A DNA stretch of 64,000 nucleotides, from positions 11,204,883 to 11,268,882 of the forward strand of contig CM119269.1 in the NCBI GenBank assembly GCA_051294375.1, given 5' to 3'. The position numbers and the translations under genes are program-made. The notes beneath the pieces were generated by a model. That model was given only the letters and a program-made list of their open reading frames with translations. It was not told where the DNA came from and did no database searches. Positions 50,333 to 63,643 of this stretch are shown here, one piece after another. Position 1 is the stretch's first letter. Each line of letters opens with the position of its first letter. The DNA comes from Paraspadella gotoi. Its lineage: Eukaryota; Animalia; Chaetognatha.

Positions 50333-53220
50333 TCTCTCTTCTCTCTTCTCTCTCTCTCTTCTCTCTCTCTCTCTCTCTCTCTCCATTTCAATAACTCGAC
50401 AAGCGTCATCAGCAGGAATATTTCCCAAAGTCGAATTATCACCCATTCTCGGTAAAAACTGGCAATTTTCTCGCCGACGATTTCCGCGAGACCAAACCCC
50501 CCCTAACCCCCTTCCTTTGCATCAACTGTCGCAAAAATTACCTTAGAAACTGCGGCAGCAAATCGACGCAGCAGCGCCAGCCGTTGTACGTACGCTCGTT
50601 GCCGCGGCGGCGGCGTCGGCTGCCCCCGAGAGACGCAGCGACAGCGTCGTCGACTTCGTTGTCGAACCAACGTGGAAAAACAAAAGACTCGAGGTCAACG
50701 ACGAAAACGACGCCAGCGCCCCTCGTTGTTAACGGAGAAAACACGACCAAAACAAACAGCGGAAGACCGATTGAGGGGCGGAGCGCGTTAAAACGACGGG
50801 GACGAACGGGGAGGAGAAAGTTTGGGGGAAAACAGGAGTGGGGAAGCAAACGAATATACAGTGATAAGGCGGGGGAGTGACGTATTAAGTCAAGAGAAAG
50901 ATAGAGAGAATATAAGTAATTTTTGGCTTAGCTTTAAAATTAGGTTACTAAAAATTAATGTTTTAGTTAAAAAAAAAAAGCTAAAAACCTCGGAAAAAGA
51001 TAAGAAAACATCAAGTGAACAAAAGTTTATTTAGGTAGTTAGCCTGTCAGAGTATGAATATGACTATGAATTATGAATAGTCAAAAATTGAAAAGTTATT
51101 GAAAAATGAAGGAAAGCGAAAGGAAGATACGAGGAATAAGAAAGAGAAGAGGGAAGGTAATAACGAGTCCCGTACGAAGAAGATGGCGACGACGATGACG
51201 AAACCGTGACCTCGATTAGAAATGATGGGAAGATACAGAGACGAGAGAAGAGATAGAGAGAGAGAGAAAGAAAGAGAAAGATTGTCCCATTCTAAGACGA
51301 TGACGCCATATCCGGTTACGACGCCGCAAAACTCCACCGACGACAACCAAAGGAGCTGTCAAGTCTGTCGCCGGAGACAACTTTACCGGAAGGTCGCGAG
51401 AAGGGTTTCACTTTTTTTTCGCAAGATTTTGCGCCAATGTCTCGTTATGTTCTTTTTTAAATTTAAATCCTTGAAACGAAATGACTTTTTTTTTTTTTAG
51501 ATTTCGTCGTTATCGTCGTCGTTTTAAAGATACCAGCTGGAAACTCTGTGACAAAAAACCAATGTAGAAGTAATCATGTTAGACTTAGCCACGCGGCCGT
51601 TGACTTCGTTCAGGGCATTAGTGTGCTTTAAAGACTAACTGAATAATAGAGCGTAGTGAAAGTTACGTACGAAAATTCTCAAAGTCAATTATGAACAACA
51701 TACCATCAGTGAACATTAATTTGTAAAAAAAAATTAATTTTATGTTTTATTTTAATTTTCGCAGTAGGCTATATTTATATATAGTACTATCCTTATAAAA
51801 TCGAAAAAAATTTTATACATTCATTAGTATAATTTCGTTCGTTCCTCACTCAAGTTAAATTTAGAAATTTTACTACGTCTTACTGAATAAGGAACAACGG
51901 AAACTTGCACTTAACGAAATGGTTTATGAAGAGATCTGTAATCACGTGACGGGATAAGAGAACTCACGCAGAAAAATCACAGAGAGGATCACGTTGCATT
52001 TGGCAAAAGTCGATGAATCGTAAATTCGATCGCGAGTTGAGTAGATTGAAGTAGGAGGAGAAAAAGAAAGAGGATGAGGAAGAGGAGAATTATTAATAAA
52101 AATACCATTTTTATTGATAATTCAATGACGAAAAATCGTAAAAAGTTGGGAGAGGTCTCAAATTAAAGCTTATGTTTTGTAGATATTGATAGATATATAG
52201 ATATTCAAATTGTAAGCATATTCACTAAAATTATTATTTTTATAAAAAAATTTAAAAAAAATTAAATTAGCATTTAAAAAAAATCCTGCTGTCATCGGAT
52301 TTGGCTGACCTACCACATTAAAAGTCTTATGGGTATACTATAAGATTTTATAGATTTCAGAGATGGCACTTTTTTGTTTCTTTCACATCCTCTTTGCCCT
52401 ACCGAGTGCGATTAGTTTAACGGATGGGGAAGGAAAGACAGAGTCACCGGAAATGAACAAATGAACAAATGAACACTTCGACGACGAAAATGATAAAAAG
52501 GAAAACAACGAAGATTTCTAAGAAAAATTTGGTACAGATTTCATACTATTATATTCTACTATTATTTTATTTTCTATTCTATTCAATTCTATAGTATAGG
52601 TACTATTTTCTTAATCTTATTATGCTCTTTTTTATACTACAGAACGAGAAGAAGGAAAGATGTTCCGTAATTCTATGATGTCGCCGACGACGATGACGAC
52701 GACGACAACGACGACGACCTTGAGTAAACTATAACTTGTCACGAGCGACAATCAGAAGAGAAAAAAAAATATTTCGCTCTCGTGACGATCGTTGAGATGA
52801 TAACAGAGTTCTTTCCCTCTCCCGCCAAATAGTCAAATTTGTGAAAAATCAAAATTTGGCAAACAGAACATAAAAAAAAAAATAGTTTAGTAAATTTCTA
52901 AGCTAATCGGTATACATAACACTAAATCCTAAACTAAAGCGTAATCTTTAACCAAAATAAATTGATAATTTTCATATTGGTTGTGCCAATTTTATAAAAA
53001 AAACTATTTAGAAATTTTATATTGCTCGACCCCAGATACTTCGCAACCAGATCCAAAATTCTCTGACGTGAACGAATGACGTGAACGAATGACGTGAACG
53101 AATGTCGTTTTTCGTGTCGTTCATTTCGTTGATCGTTCATCGTCGTCATTATCATCGTCGTCTTTATATTTGCCTCCCGATATCGACACCTAAGCGTTTC
53201 GCCATATTTTGGTCCAGCGT

Positions 53221-53254
<34 letters not shown>

Positions 53255-54201
53255 GCTCTCGTCGTCTCTCTCGTCGCTCTCTTCCGTCACTCTTCTCTCT
53301 CTCCTCTCGTCCCCTCCTCTCTCTCTCTCTCTCGTTTTTTTTCTCTCTATTTTTCTTCTCCCACGCTTCATAAATCGGAGGCCAGAAAGTCATAAGATTA
53401 ACAGGAACAAAAAATCGATTTTCTGGTGATAGAATGTTTCTCTCATCTCTCTCTCTTTCTCCTCCTCATCTCTCGTCTTGTCTTTTCTCTTTCTCTCTCA
53501 TTCATTCTCTCTCTTGCTTCCTTTTTCGCTCCTTTCCGCCTTTTTCCTTTTAACAAATCGCCCCATTTTTCATCGTTGCCCGCATTTTTCTCATTTCTTC
53601 TCAATTGACAAGAAAAAAGTTCTGTAAAATTTCTTTTGACTTTTTTTTTAAATACTTTTTTTTTCAAGAGGCAAGTAAGATTGATTGAAAATGGTTTTTG
53701 ACTATTAATTTTTTTAAAGATTTTAATACGTTCTTACATTAAAGTTCCAATAGGTATACTAAATTACACACTTTAACTAGTTCACTCATTAAAACTCGCC
53801 ACGAATTTTATCGCTCGAAATAATGCGGATCCAATTAAAGGGAATTTCGATTTCTCCTCCCCCCCCCCGGATTCACCACGCCCCCCTTAAATCGTCTAGG
53901 CGGTTTTCCTCCCGCGACGTTTCCTTTTCATTTCCTCGAAACGTGACTTTAAATTCTTTTTCCAATTCGCGACGATTTAATTAAATTCGACCCAATTTAC
54001 GCTCAGGCGAATCTTCGACGTTTTTCCAGTTGCTTTTCCCAGTTTGTAACCTTTTCCATCGTGTCATCCTGTAAACTAGAAAATATTCAACTTTGGTTTC
54101 TTCGCGATTTCTACGATGAAAAGATTTACTATCTAGTAAAAAAGTATATAACATAATTCATTTATTCAATAAAAAGTATGCAAAACATGGGTAAAACATT
54201 C

Positions 54202-54400
54202 TCAATATTTGGTATGCCATTGAGTACTGTCTGCATTCGTCTGGGCATGCTCTCATACAGCAAATTGAGGTATGACAGTGAAATGTTTTTCAAATCTTTA
54301 ACGCAATTATTTCAGACCCGATGTTGATTTTGCATATCTTTCCCTTTTTTCTAAAAAGTATAATAGCACTTTTTTGGACCAAAAAGAGGTGCAAGGCCTT
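54202..54400 (-). pseudogene. Tc1 transposase C-terminal remnant
   Basis: Minus strand gives KNISLSYLNLLYESMPRRMQTVL-NG-(fs)-TKY*, matching the Tc1 tail L..SMPRR..AV....G..TKY. Confidence 0.7.
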
Positions 54401-56416
54401 TAGCATTGCCAAATTAAAAATTTAAAAATTAACTAACTCTATTCGAAATAAAAATAAATAACTAAATACNNNNNNNNNNNNNNNNNNNNNNNNNTCCGAC
54501 GACAACCAAAGGAGCTGTCAAGTCTGTCGCCGGAGACAACTTTACCGGAAGGTCGCGAGAAGGGTTTCACTTTTTTTTCGCAAGATTTTGCGCCAATGTC
54601 TCGTTATGTTCTTTTTTAAATTTAAATCCTTGAAACGAAATGACTTTTTTTTTTTTTAGATTTCGTCGTTATCGTCGTCGTTTTAAAGATACCAGCTGGA
54701 AACTCTGTGACAAAAACCAATGTAGAAGTAATCATGTTAGACTTAGCCACGCGGCCGTTGACTTCGTTCAGGGCATTAGTGTGCTTTAAAGACTAACTGA
54801 ATAATAGAGCGTAGTGAAAGTTACGTACGAAAATTCTCAAAGTCAATTATGAACAACATACCATCAGTGAACATTAATTTGTAAAAAAAAATTAATTTTA
54901 TGTTTTATTTTAATTTTCGCAGTAGGCTATATTTATATATAGTACTATCCTATAAAATCGAAAAAATTTATACATTCATTAGTATAATTTCGTTCGTTCC
55001 TCACTCAAGTTAAATTTAGAAATTTTACTACGTCTTACTGAATAAGGAACAACGGAAACTTGCACTTAACGAAATGGTTTATGAAGAGATCTGTAATCAC
55101 GTGACGGGATAAGAGAACTCACGCAGAAAAATCACAGAGAGGATCACGTTGCATTTGGCAAAAGTCGATGAATCGTAAATTCGATCGCGAGTTGAGTTAG
55201 ATTGAAGTAGGAGGAGAAAAAGAAAGAGGATGAGGAAGAGGAGAATTATTAAAAAAATACCATTTTATTGATAATTCAATGACGAAAAATCGTAAAAAGT
55301 TGGGAGAGGTCTCAAATTAAAGCTTATGTTTTGTAAGATATTGATAGATATATAGATATTCAAATTGTAAGCATATTCACTAAAATTACTATTTTATAAA
55401 AAATTTAAAAAAAATTAAATTAGCATTTAAAAAAATCCTGCTGTCATCGGATTTGGCTGACCTACCACATTAAAAGTCTATGGGTATACTATAGATTTTA
55501 TAGATTCAGAGATGGCATTTTTTGTTTCTTTCACATCCTCTTTGCCCTACCGAGTGCGATTAGTTTAACGGATGGGAAGGAAAGACAGAGTCACCGGAAT
55601 ATGAACAAATGAACAAATGAACACTTCGACGACGAAAATGATAAAAAGGAAAACAACGAAGATTTCTAAGAAAAATTGGTACAGATTTCATACTATTATA
55701 TTCTACTATTATTTTATTTTCTATTTCTATTCAATTCTATAGTATAGGTACTATTTTCTTAATCTTATTATGCTCTTTTTTATACTACAGAACGAGAAGA
55801 AGGAAAGATGTTCCGTAATTCTATGATGTCGCCGACGACGATGATCGACGACGACAACGACGACGACCTTGAGTAAACTATAACTTGTCACGGAGCGACA
55901 ATCAGAAGAGAAAAAAAAAATATTTCTGCTCTCGTGACGATCGTTGAATGATAACAGATTCTTCCCTCTCCCGCCAAATAGTCAAATTTGTGAAAAAGTC
56001 AAAATTTGGCAAAACAGAAACATAAAAAAAAAAATATAGTTTAGTAAATTTCTAAGCTAATCGGTATACATAACACTAAATCCTAAACTAAAGCGTAATC
56101 TTTAACCAAAATAAATTGATAATTTCATATTGGTTGTGCCAATTTTATAAAAAAAACTATTTAGAAATTTATATTGCTCGACCCCAGATACTTCGCAACC
56201 AGATCCAAAATTCTCTGACGTGAACGAATGACGTGAATCGAATGACGTGAACGAATGTCGTTTTTCGTGTCGTTCATTTCGTTGATCGTTCATCGTCGTC
56301 ATTATCATCGTCGTCTTTATATTTGCCTCCCGATATCGACACCTAAGCGTTTCGCCATATTTTTGGTCCAGCGTTCGCTCTCCCTCTCTCTCTCTCTCTC
56401 TCTTCTTTCTCTCTCT

Positions 56417-56508
<92 letters not shown>

Positions 56509-57353
56509 TTTTTTCTCTCTATTTTCTTCTCCACGCTTTCATAAATCGGAGGCCAGAAAGTCATAAGTTAACAGGAACAAAAAATCGAATTTTCTGGTGA
56601 TAGAATGTTCTCTCTCTCTCTCTCTCTCTCTCTTCTCTTCTCTTCTCTCTCATTCATTCTCTCTCTTGCTTCCTTTTCGCTCCTTTCCGCCTTTTTCCTT
56701 TTAACAAATCGCCCCATTTTTCATCGTTGCCCGCATTTTTCTCATTTCTTCTCAATTGACAAGAAAAAAGTTCTGTAAAATTTCTTTTGACTTTTTTTTA
56801 AATACTTTTTTTTTCAAGAGGCAAGTAAGATTGATTGAAAATGGTTTTTTGACTATTAATTTTTTTAAAGATTTTAATTACGTTCTTACATTAAAGTTCC
56901 AATAGGTATACTAAATTACAAACTTTAACTAGTTCACTCATTAAAACTCGCCACGAATTTTATCGCTCGAAATAATGCGGATCCAATTAAAGGGAATTTC
57001 GATTTCTCCTCCCCCCCCGGATTCACCACGCCCCCCTTAAATCGTCTAGGCGGTTTTCCTCCCGCGACGTTTCCTTTTCATTTCCTCGAAACGTGACTTT
57101 AAATTCTTTTTCCAATTCGCGACGATTTAATTAAATTCGACCCAATTTACGCTCAGGCGAATCTTCGACGTTTTTCCAGTTGCTTTTCCCAGTTTGTAAC
57201 CTTTTCCATCGTGTCATCCTGTAAACTAGAAAAATATTCAACTTTGGTTTCTTCGCGATTTCTACGATGAAAAGATTTACTATCTAGTAAAAAAAGTATA
57301 TAACATAATTCATTTATTCAATAAAAAGTATGCAAAACATGGGTAAAACATTC

Positions 57354-57555
57354 TCAATATTTGGTATGCCATTGAGTACTGTCTGCATTCGTCTGGGCAT
57401 GCTCTCATACAGCAAATTGAGGTATGACAGTGAAATGTTTTTCAAATCTTTAACGCAATTATTTTCAGACCCGATGTTGATTTTGCATATCTTTCCCTTT
57501 TTTCTAAAAAGTATAATAGCACTTTTTTGGACCAAAAAGAGGTTGCAAGGCCTTT
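57354..57555 (-). pseudogene. Duplicate of the Tc1 transposase remnant
   Basis: Same sequence inside the second copy of the gap-flanking duplication. Confidence 0.65.
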
Positions 57556-58067
57556 AGCATTGCCAAATTAAAAATTTAAAAATTAACTAACTCTATTCGA
57601 AATAAAAATAAATAACTAAATACCAAAAATGGAGAAAAACTAAATTTTTTTCGGCCATTTTTCATTTGAAGTAACAATATTTATTGGCCTGTAACTTCTA
57701 AACGATTTGACCTACCAAAAAAATGGAAGGAACGCGAATGAAAGAAAATTCAATGTAGATCCGGAAACACTCTGATTTTTTTAAAATCAAATAAGTTTTC
57801 GAATAGATATCCTTAATTAAAAATGTTATATACTTTTTTCCTAGATAGTATGGTTGATGTTTGTATGTTTTTAACTTAAGTTAAATACTAGGTACTAGGT
57901 AATTTTTAAATCTAGATGATATCTTTAGCGACCAGCGCATTTCAGCATAGCTATTTAAAGATTTTACTAAGTTTTTCTTAATTTTTTTTTTCAATTTTAA
58001 CCGATTACCGAATTTGTGAGGTGCTTGGCATCTTTTCATCTTTTCAAATCTTCGCAACTTTTCCACT

Positions 58068-58255
58068 TTGCGTCATTGCGCATGCGCCTTTGCGACTTTG
58101 TGTCTGGGTCGTCGAGGCGGAAAATCGTTCCTCAACTTTTACGAGGAGGCAAACTCTTTTGACGACGACGAAAATTGTGGGTTTTGCACAACTTTTTCAA
58201 TTTTTGCCGTCGGTGAAAGGGAGGGGCGGGAAGGATTCATTCTGGTGACTCAGCC
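58068..58255. promoter_or_regulatory. Candidate regulatory motif cluster
   Basis: NRF1-like TGCGCATGCGC at 58077-58087, GC box GGGAGGGGCGGG (~58219) and AP-1 TGACTCA (~58245). Motif evidence only. Confidence 0.3.
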
Positions 58256-58341
58256 AACTCATGAGTTGACCTTTGTCTCGATGAAGAATTAGACCACTTG
58301 ACCTCTCCCTTACTCTGTCTCTCCCTAACGCGCTCTCTCTC

Positions 58342-58383
<42 letters not shown>

Positions 58384-58498
58384 GATATCTCATTCTCTCT
58401 CGAAGCTGCTAAGCAAGAAAAAGCGAATTCGATTATGCAAACTTACGGTTGTTATGTTAAAACCCAAAAATGATTAGAAATATTCTTCAAACCAACAC

Positions 58499-58614
58499 CT
58501 TCAGTCGTGACCGGGTGGCTCATTTAGTAAATCCATCAGCTCAGTGTGGATAAGGCGCTAAGTGGGATGAAAACTACTATCCATAACAATAGCCATGGAA
58601 CGGGTCCTAGGCTT
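58499..58614 (+). mobile_element. Rearranged copy of the tRNA-derived SINE (head direct, 3' body inverted)
   Basis: 58499-58543 matches 42049-42093 directly. 58545-58614 (TGTGGATAAGGCGCTA...GCCATGGAACGGGTCC) is the reverse complement of ~42202-42288. Confidence 0.7.
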
Positions 58615-58649
58615 AAGCGGGTGAACTTATGCAATGCCTTACTACAAAT

Positions 58650-58796
58650 TAATGATTGATGTGATAGTAATTGATTATTGATGTAATAATAATGAATTAT
58701 TGATGTGATGATAACAAATTATTGATGCGATGATAAACAATTATTGATGTGATGATACCAAATTATTGATGTGATGATAGGGAATCATTGATGTGA
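58650..58796. repeat. ~22-bp minisatellite (AATTATTGATGTGATGATAnnn), about 7 copies
   Basis: Recurrent ATTGATGTGAT core at ~22-bp spacing. Confidence 0.8.
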
Positions 58797-59364
58797 AAAC
58801 GTTTAAAAAATGCAATGAATAAAAAAAAAATGAAATGAATAAAATGAATTTACTGAAATGAGTTGAATGAAATGAATAGAATAAATGAATGAATTAAATA
58901 AGATAAATAAGATAAATAAATTACATTGAGTAAATAAATTTAAAAGTATGAACTGAATAAATTAAATTGAACGAATTTAATTAATTTATTTTAATTAAAG
59001 AAATTTAATGAATAAATGTGGGAGAGATAAATAGATATAAGATGAGAGAAAACTCAAGCTCAAAAACTAAATTTGTTAGACGAGTTACACAAATTCGTAA
59101 TTCGCTTTCAATTTAGATCGGGTTAGGTAATGTGTAATCGGGATATCAAACGAGAAGGACAAGAAAACTAAATCCTAGTCATTCCCCTAACTGGAAAAAC
59201 TTTTGACCTGAAAGGACGATAACTACCTAAGACTATTACAATATTTGGATAAATTCCTATCTTTTTATTGTCATTTATTTTTTAAATTGTTTTAAATTTT
59301 TTATTTTTAATTAATCACTAAATTCGCACATCACCGTGGCGCTGGGTGGCGTAATCTGGTCCGT

Positions 59365-59567
59365 TTACCGACTCTCCCAACAGGTGGGCTGCGCCGAGTT
59401 GGAGGTTTTCGAGGAGGGTATCCCCGGGATGTTGGGGAACCTTATACTTTCCGGCGACATCGCCGTCATCGCCGTCACGACGCTTCCGTCGATGGCGTTC
59501 TTCGGGGAAACCCCGACGACCTTGGAGGCATTGGGCGTGGCCGTCGAAAAAAAGGAGGGTTTTAAAA
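59365..59567 (-). CDS. Possible terminal exon of an unidentified minus-strand gene
   Basis: Sharp GC-rich island. Acceptor TGTTTAG, then LKPSFFSTATPNASKVVGVSPKNAIDGSVVTAMTAMSPESIRFPNIPGIPSSKTSNSAQPTCWESR*. Other frames are also open, so frame and strand are uncertain. Confidence 0.3.
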
Positions 59568-62500
59568 CTAAACATTAAACAACCGGAAATGAAAAGTGGA
59601 AAAAACGAATTGGATGCGTAAAAAAAAACGGGTTGAGTGTGGAAAGGATGAAGGCGATAATTGAGGAGTTGATGGAGAAAGGAGTCGATGGAGAAAGGAG
59701 TCGAAATGGAAGCGAATTGAGCGATGGAATTAGATGATGACGATTGATGATGTCATAAGAAAAAAGATGTGCCTTTCTTCTATGTACTCATTTCATATAT
59801 GTCAGTTGGTCATATGACTATACACATCATTCTTGATACTTTATCTGTGAATTATAAACTAGAATAACAAAAAATGCAACTAAAAATGATCAAAAGGCGT
59901 TCACATAAAGATTCGTCTCCTATTTTTCAATTGGATCTCGAAAAATCTAGGAAGAATAATATATTTTTGTGACAAAAAAACAAAAAAACAAAAACAAAAT
60001 AAGTGGGGCGGTATGTATTAAAAAAATTATTTTAAAAAATTATAAGTTATTATAAGTTATATTGCTTTTTTCCTTTCATGATTACACAGTGCGTTCAATT
60101 AATTATAATAACAAAAACCATAATACTACAATTGTTTCCTTCGACGTTTAGCTACCGAGCTACAAGTTATATCCATACAAAACTAACTGTTTAGCTTTTG
60201 AACTTCAAACCGCTTTTTAAGTTTCCGATCCTAACGATCCTTAGCTTATCAAAAATTATTAGAATCATATAACTTCGGCCTTTATTCTCGTACCTTATTC
60301 CTAATCATAACCGTTTCGCAAAACAAAAGCTTTCACCTGCCTTCGCATCTTGAACCTCATCATTTTCCAACCTCGAACTCGTATTCGGAATCAAGAATAG
60401 ACCCCCTGGAAAATATATTAGACCCGGGCGCTTTGGTCTTGAATTTATCCCGCCATTATTTCAAAATGTCTCCCCCCCTCTCCCCCCACCTTCTTTTTGC
60501 TTGAGAAGACGCAAGGAATAACGCAAAACCGGGAGACGAGAAAGGCAGACTTATTTATAGAGTCTACTCGGGTTTTTACTTTAAGTTTTTTTTCATTCGA
60601 TGATCAACGGAACCTTAATATTAGGTTATTTATTTATTTATTCATAAAATAGGAAGCCGCTATAGAAAAAGAAGCAGTGACTTTTTTCTTATATTTTTAT
60701 ATCGATAGATGTGGAATGACGGGAATATTGTAAATCTCAAGTTTCGCTTTAATCGGACCTCACATTGTGGAGAAATCTTAGGAAACCCATCAAAATTCCG
60801 CCCCTTTTTTCAACATTCTCGCCTTTTAAGATTTTCGCCGATTCTGATATAATTCCGCTAGTTAATTTTTTTTCTTTAACGAGCGAAGGGAATCCACAAC
60901 TTTCTGTTATTTTATGATTTCTGGGTAAAAAATATAATAAATTACATTAACATTGGGATATTATAAAAGTGTAATATCTTATGAAGCCTGTGAGAGTTAA
61001 ATAATTAAAAAATTTGCTTATTTTATTATTAAAAAATAACATCAAAGTGAAGAAGTTGAATGGCTTCCGGCTCCTTTCAGTAAACATCCCTGTTCTCTTC
61101 AATAAGATAATGTTTACTTTTTGCTGGTGGAAAAGAAGGATAAATACTTAGGCTGTGATGGGGTAAATAATATTTTGTAGAATTTTGTAAACATGCTTGT
61201 AAAATCAGACAAGCAAATATTTAAGTGACAAAAAATTTACATTTTCTTTATCCAAAAAACTTTAAAGTTTTACTAGAGTACAATTTAGCCTTTTTTCTTT
61301 CAGAATCATTAAAAAGAATTAAATTTTCATTTATTCTTATGGGGTGTCATTAGTTTTAAATTCATTATAATTTTGACTTAGTTTGACACTCACCCTGTAA
61401 GGAGGTTTCAGCATAAGTAATTCTAAAATTGTATCTTGTATGTGCCCTATAATTATGGCTTCATTTTGGTACTATCGCCATCCCTTTATCTTTATTCCTT
61501 CAAAAGATATTAGGAAAAATCAGTTTTTTTCTCAACCTTCCTTTTAATTTCTTTTTAAATAAAAATTTTGCGATTCAAACCGGACTATTTCATTTAAACC
61601 TGATCATTTTATGTCAAAATCATTATAAAATTAAAAAAGAAAAATAGGACAAGCTCTTCAGACACAAAGCTATCAGAATCGCGAAATTCGAAGTCGCTCA
61701 TGTAACATATAGCAATCCCGTTTGCAATTTTAAGTTTGTAAACTTTCCCTTTCATTTCTATAGTAAAAATGAGGTTTGAAAATTCTCGGAGATGAGTAGT
61801 GCATTTCCCCTGGCTTGTTTGATATTAAATCCTTTATCAAATGCCATAAAACGAATAGGACAAGCTCTTCAGATGTAACGCTTTCGGAATCGTGCGTTTT
61901 TACAAGTGTTTTTTAACCGAATTTCTGGCAAACGCGTTTGCAATTTGGGTAGTCAGATTTGAACGGAATTCTCTATTAGAAAAATGTTGAATTTTTTTTA
62001 AGCGAGATTCTCGTCTACATAAAAGAAAAATTATTTTTTTGAATAAAAGTTCTCTTTTGAAAGTAAATAAGGAGAAAAAAATTGTATCGAGAGAACCGTT
62101 TGAGCATAATTCGATTCATTGCCGGTCTTAGTATATATGTCAACATATTTTTTTAATTACTCTCTTAAGATGGTGTGGGTGTTTTTATGAAATCATAACG
62201 TTTGAAGCTTGATCTTATGTCCATTTCAAAAAGCTAATTTTTTTTTAAGCTAATGAGAAATCACAGAAAAAATTTATTTTTGTTATTCTATGCAAAATTA
62301 TTTTTTTTATATTGATAAGAACAAAATGTAGATCAATGATACGATGACTGATAAACAGATTTTTTATTATAAGAAATGAGATTTTAAAATTAGATTAAAG
62401 AAGAAATAGGTATTACTTCGGAAAAGGTAACGTAATAATAGAATTTATATATGAGGTTCTTGAATACAGAATGGTGATTAAAGAAACAAGAAAAAACAAA

Positions 62501-62799
62501 TACAAAATAAAAAATAAAAAAAATTGCTAACTGTGAGATAAACTTTTCGAGAATCTTGTCTTCTTTCTCTTCCCAAATAAAAGTAAATTCACTCATTACA
62601 ATGGACGAAATTCGATTTTTATTTAATGTTTTATAACGAGTTGAAAATGGTTCAATAAATTGAACATTAAATTTGCTCGGTGATTTTCCACTTTTTTGTG
62701 GTTTGACAGCGCATATCTTTAGATTTTTACATTATTCTAGTTTACCTAATGCAAAACCAAATCTGGTATATTTAGCGTAAGCAATGCCTGCCAAATGGT

Positions 62800-63643
62800 A
62801 TCATATCTTTTTTTTACATCCATGGCAGCAAAAGTGAAGAACTATTCCACCTCCTTGCCTGTTGTGAGCATCCCTTCACAAACCCACTTATTACAATACA
62901 TGTTTTTGCAATAACAACCCTAAAAAAAATAAAATTACCTTAATCATTCATCTTCAGATTACAAATACAAATTGAGGTAAGATTAATTGTAAAAACAACT
63001 AGAACTAAATTCGATTTCAACCTGATTTATCCGCTCAATGATTGATGTAACGCTTCCAGCATTTCTGATGAAAATTTGATTTCCATCTTATGGATCTAAT
63101 GCCCCTCTTTTTTTATCATTAAACTCTTCGAGTTCTTCTTCAGATAAAACTTCTGAATCGCTGGTGGTTCCAACAAAATCCGGATCACTTGACATAGAAA
63201 AAAACCTTACTTTATACTAAGAAAAAATACTGAAATCATATAATAAATATCACTTGCTCGGCTATCGCTTCTATTTTCGTTTTCCAAATCATCTAAGTCC
63301 TGATTATCTTGATCATTATCTTTAAACATTGAAAAAATTTGGGTTTTGCGCGACACAGACAGGCTAGTTACAGAACTTTAGTTCTAACTATAGTCAAAGC
63401 TCGATCATATGCCATATACCGATATATATTTTGTTGTCACAACGAATCAGATTAAATAAAAATAAAATGTTATTTACCTTTGGATCTATGGATGTAACGC
63501 CCTCTTTTTGTCGGAATTTTTCTTGGGCGTCCTACTTTTTTATATTGATCTTTCTTTGAATCAACAAGCGTCTTTTTTTTGCGGTTCTTCCTCACTGAGA
63601 TCATTTTCACTTGCCTTCTCTGCTACATGATTTTGTTTCGAGT
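62800..63643 (-). pseudogene. Decayed spliced gene or transposon relic with an AT-hook and a CXC-like Cys cluster
   Basis: Exon-like 63478-63643 (AG...AAG|GTAAAT) encodes acidic SENDLSEEE, then KKVGRPRK after a frameshift in an A run. Exon-like segment from 62919 gives GCYCKNMYCNKWVC-(fs)-GCSQQ...CCHGCK. Stops and frameshifts are present. Confidence 0.35.

Larger units (their letters stand above)
51337..57623 (+). repeat. Apparent tandem duplication of ~3.1 kb (51337-54469 and 54496-57623) around the 25-N gap at 54470-54494, probably an artefact
   Basis: Both copies start CCGACGACAACCAAAGGAGCTG and end AATAACTAAATAC. Differences are mainly homopolymer and microsatellite indels. Confidence 0.9.

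Noticed and set aside
58650-58796. CRISPR-like array (also TGACGTGAACGAA x3 at ~53064)
   Set aside because: Contiguous tandem units with no unique spacers, no cas genes, and a eukaryotic context.
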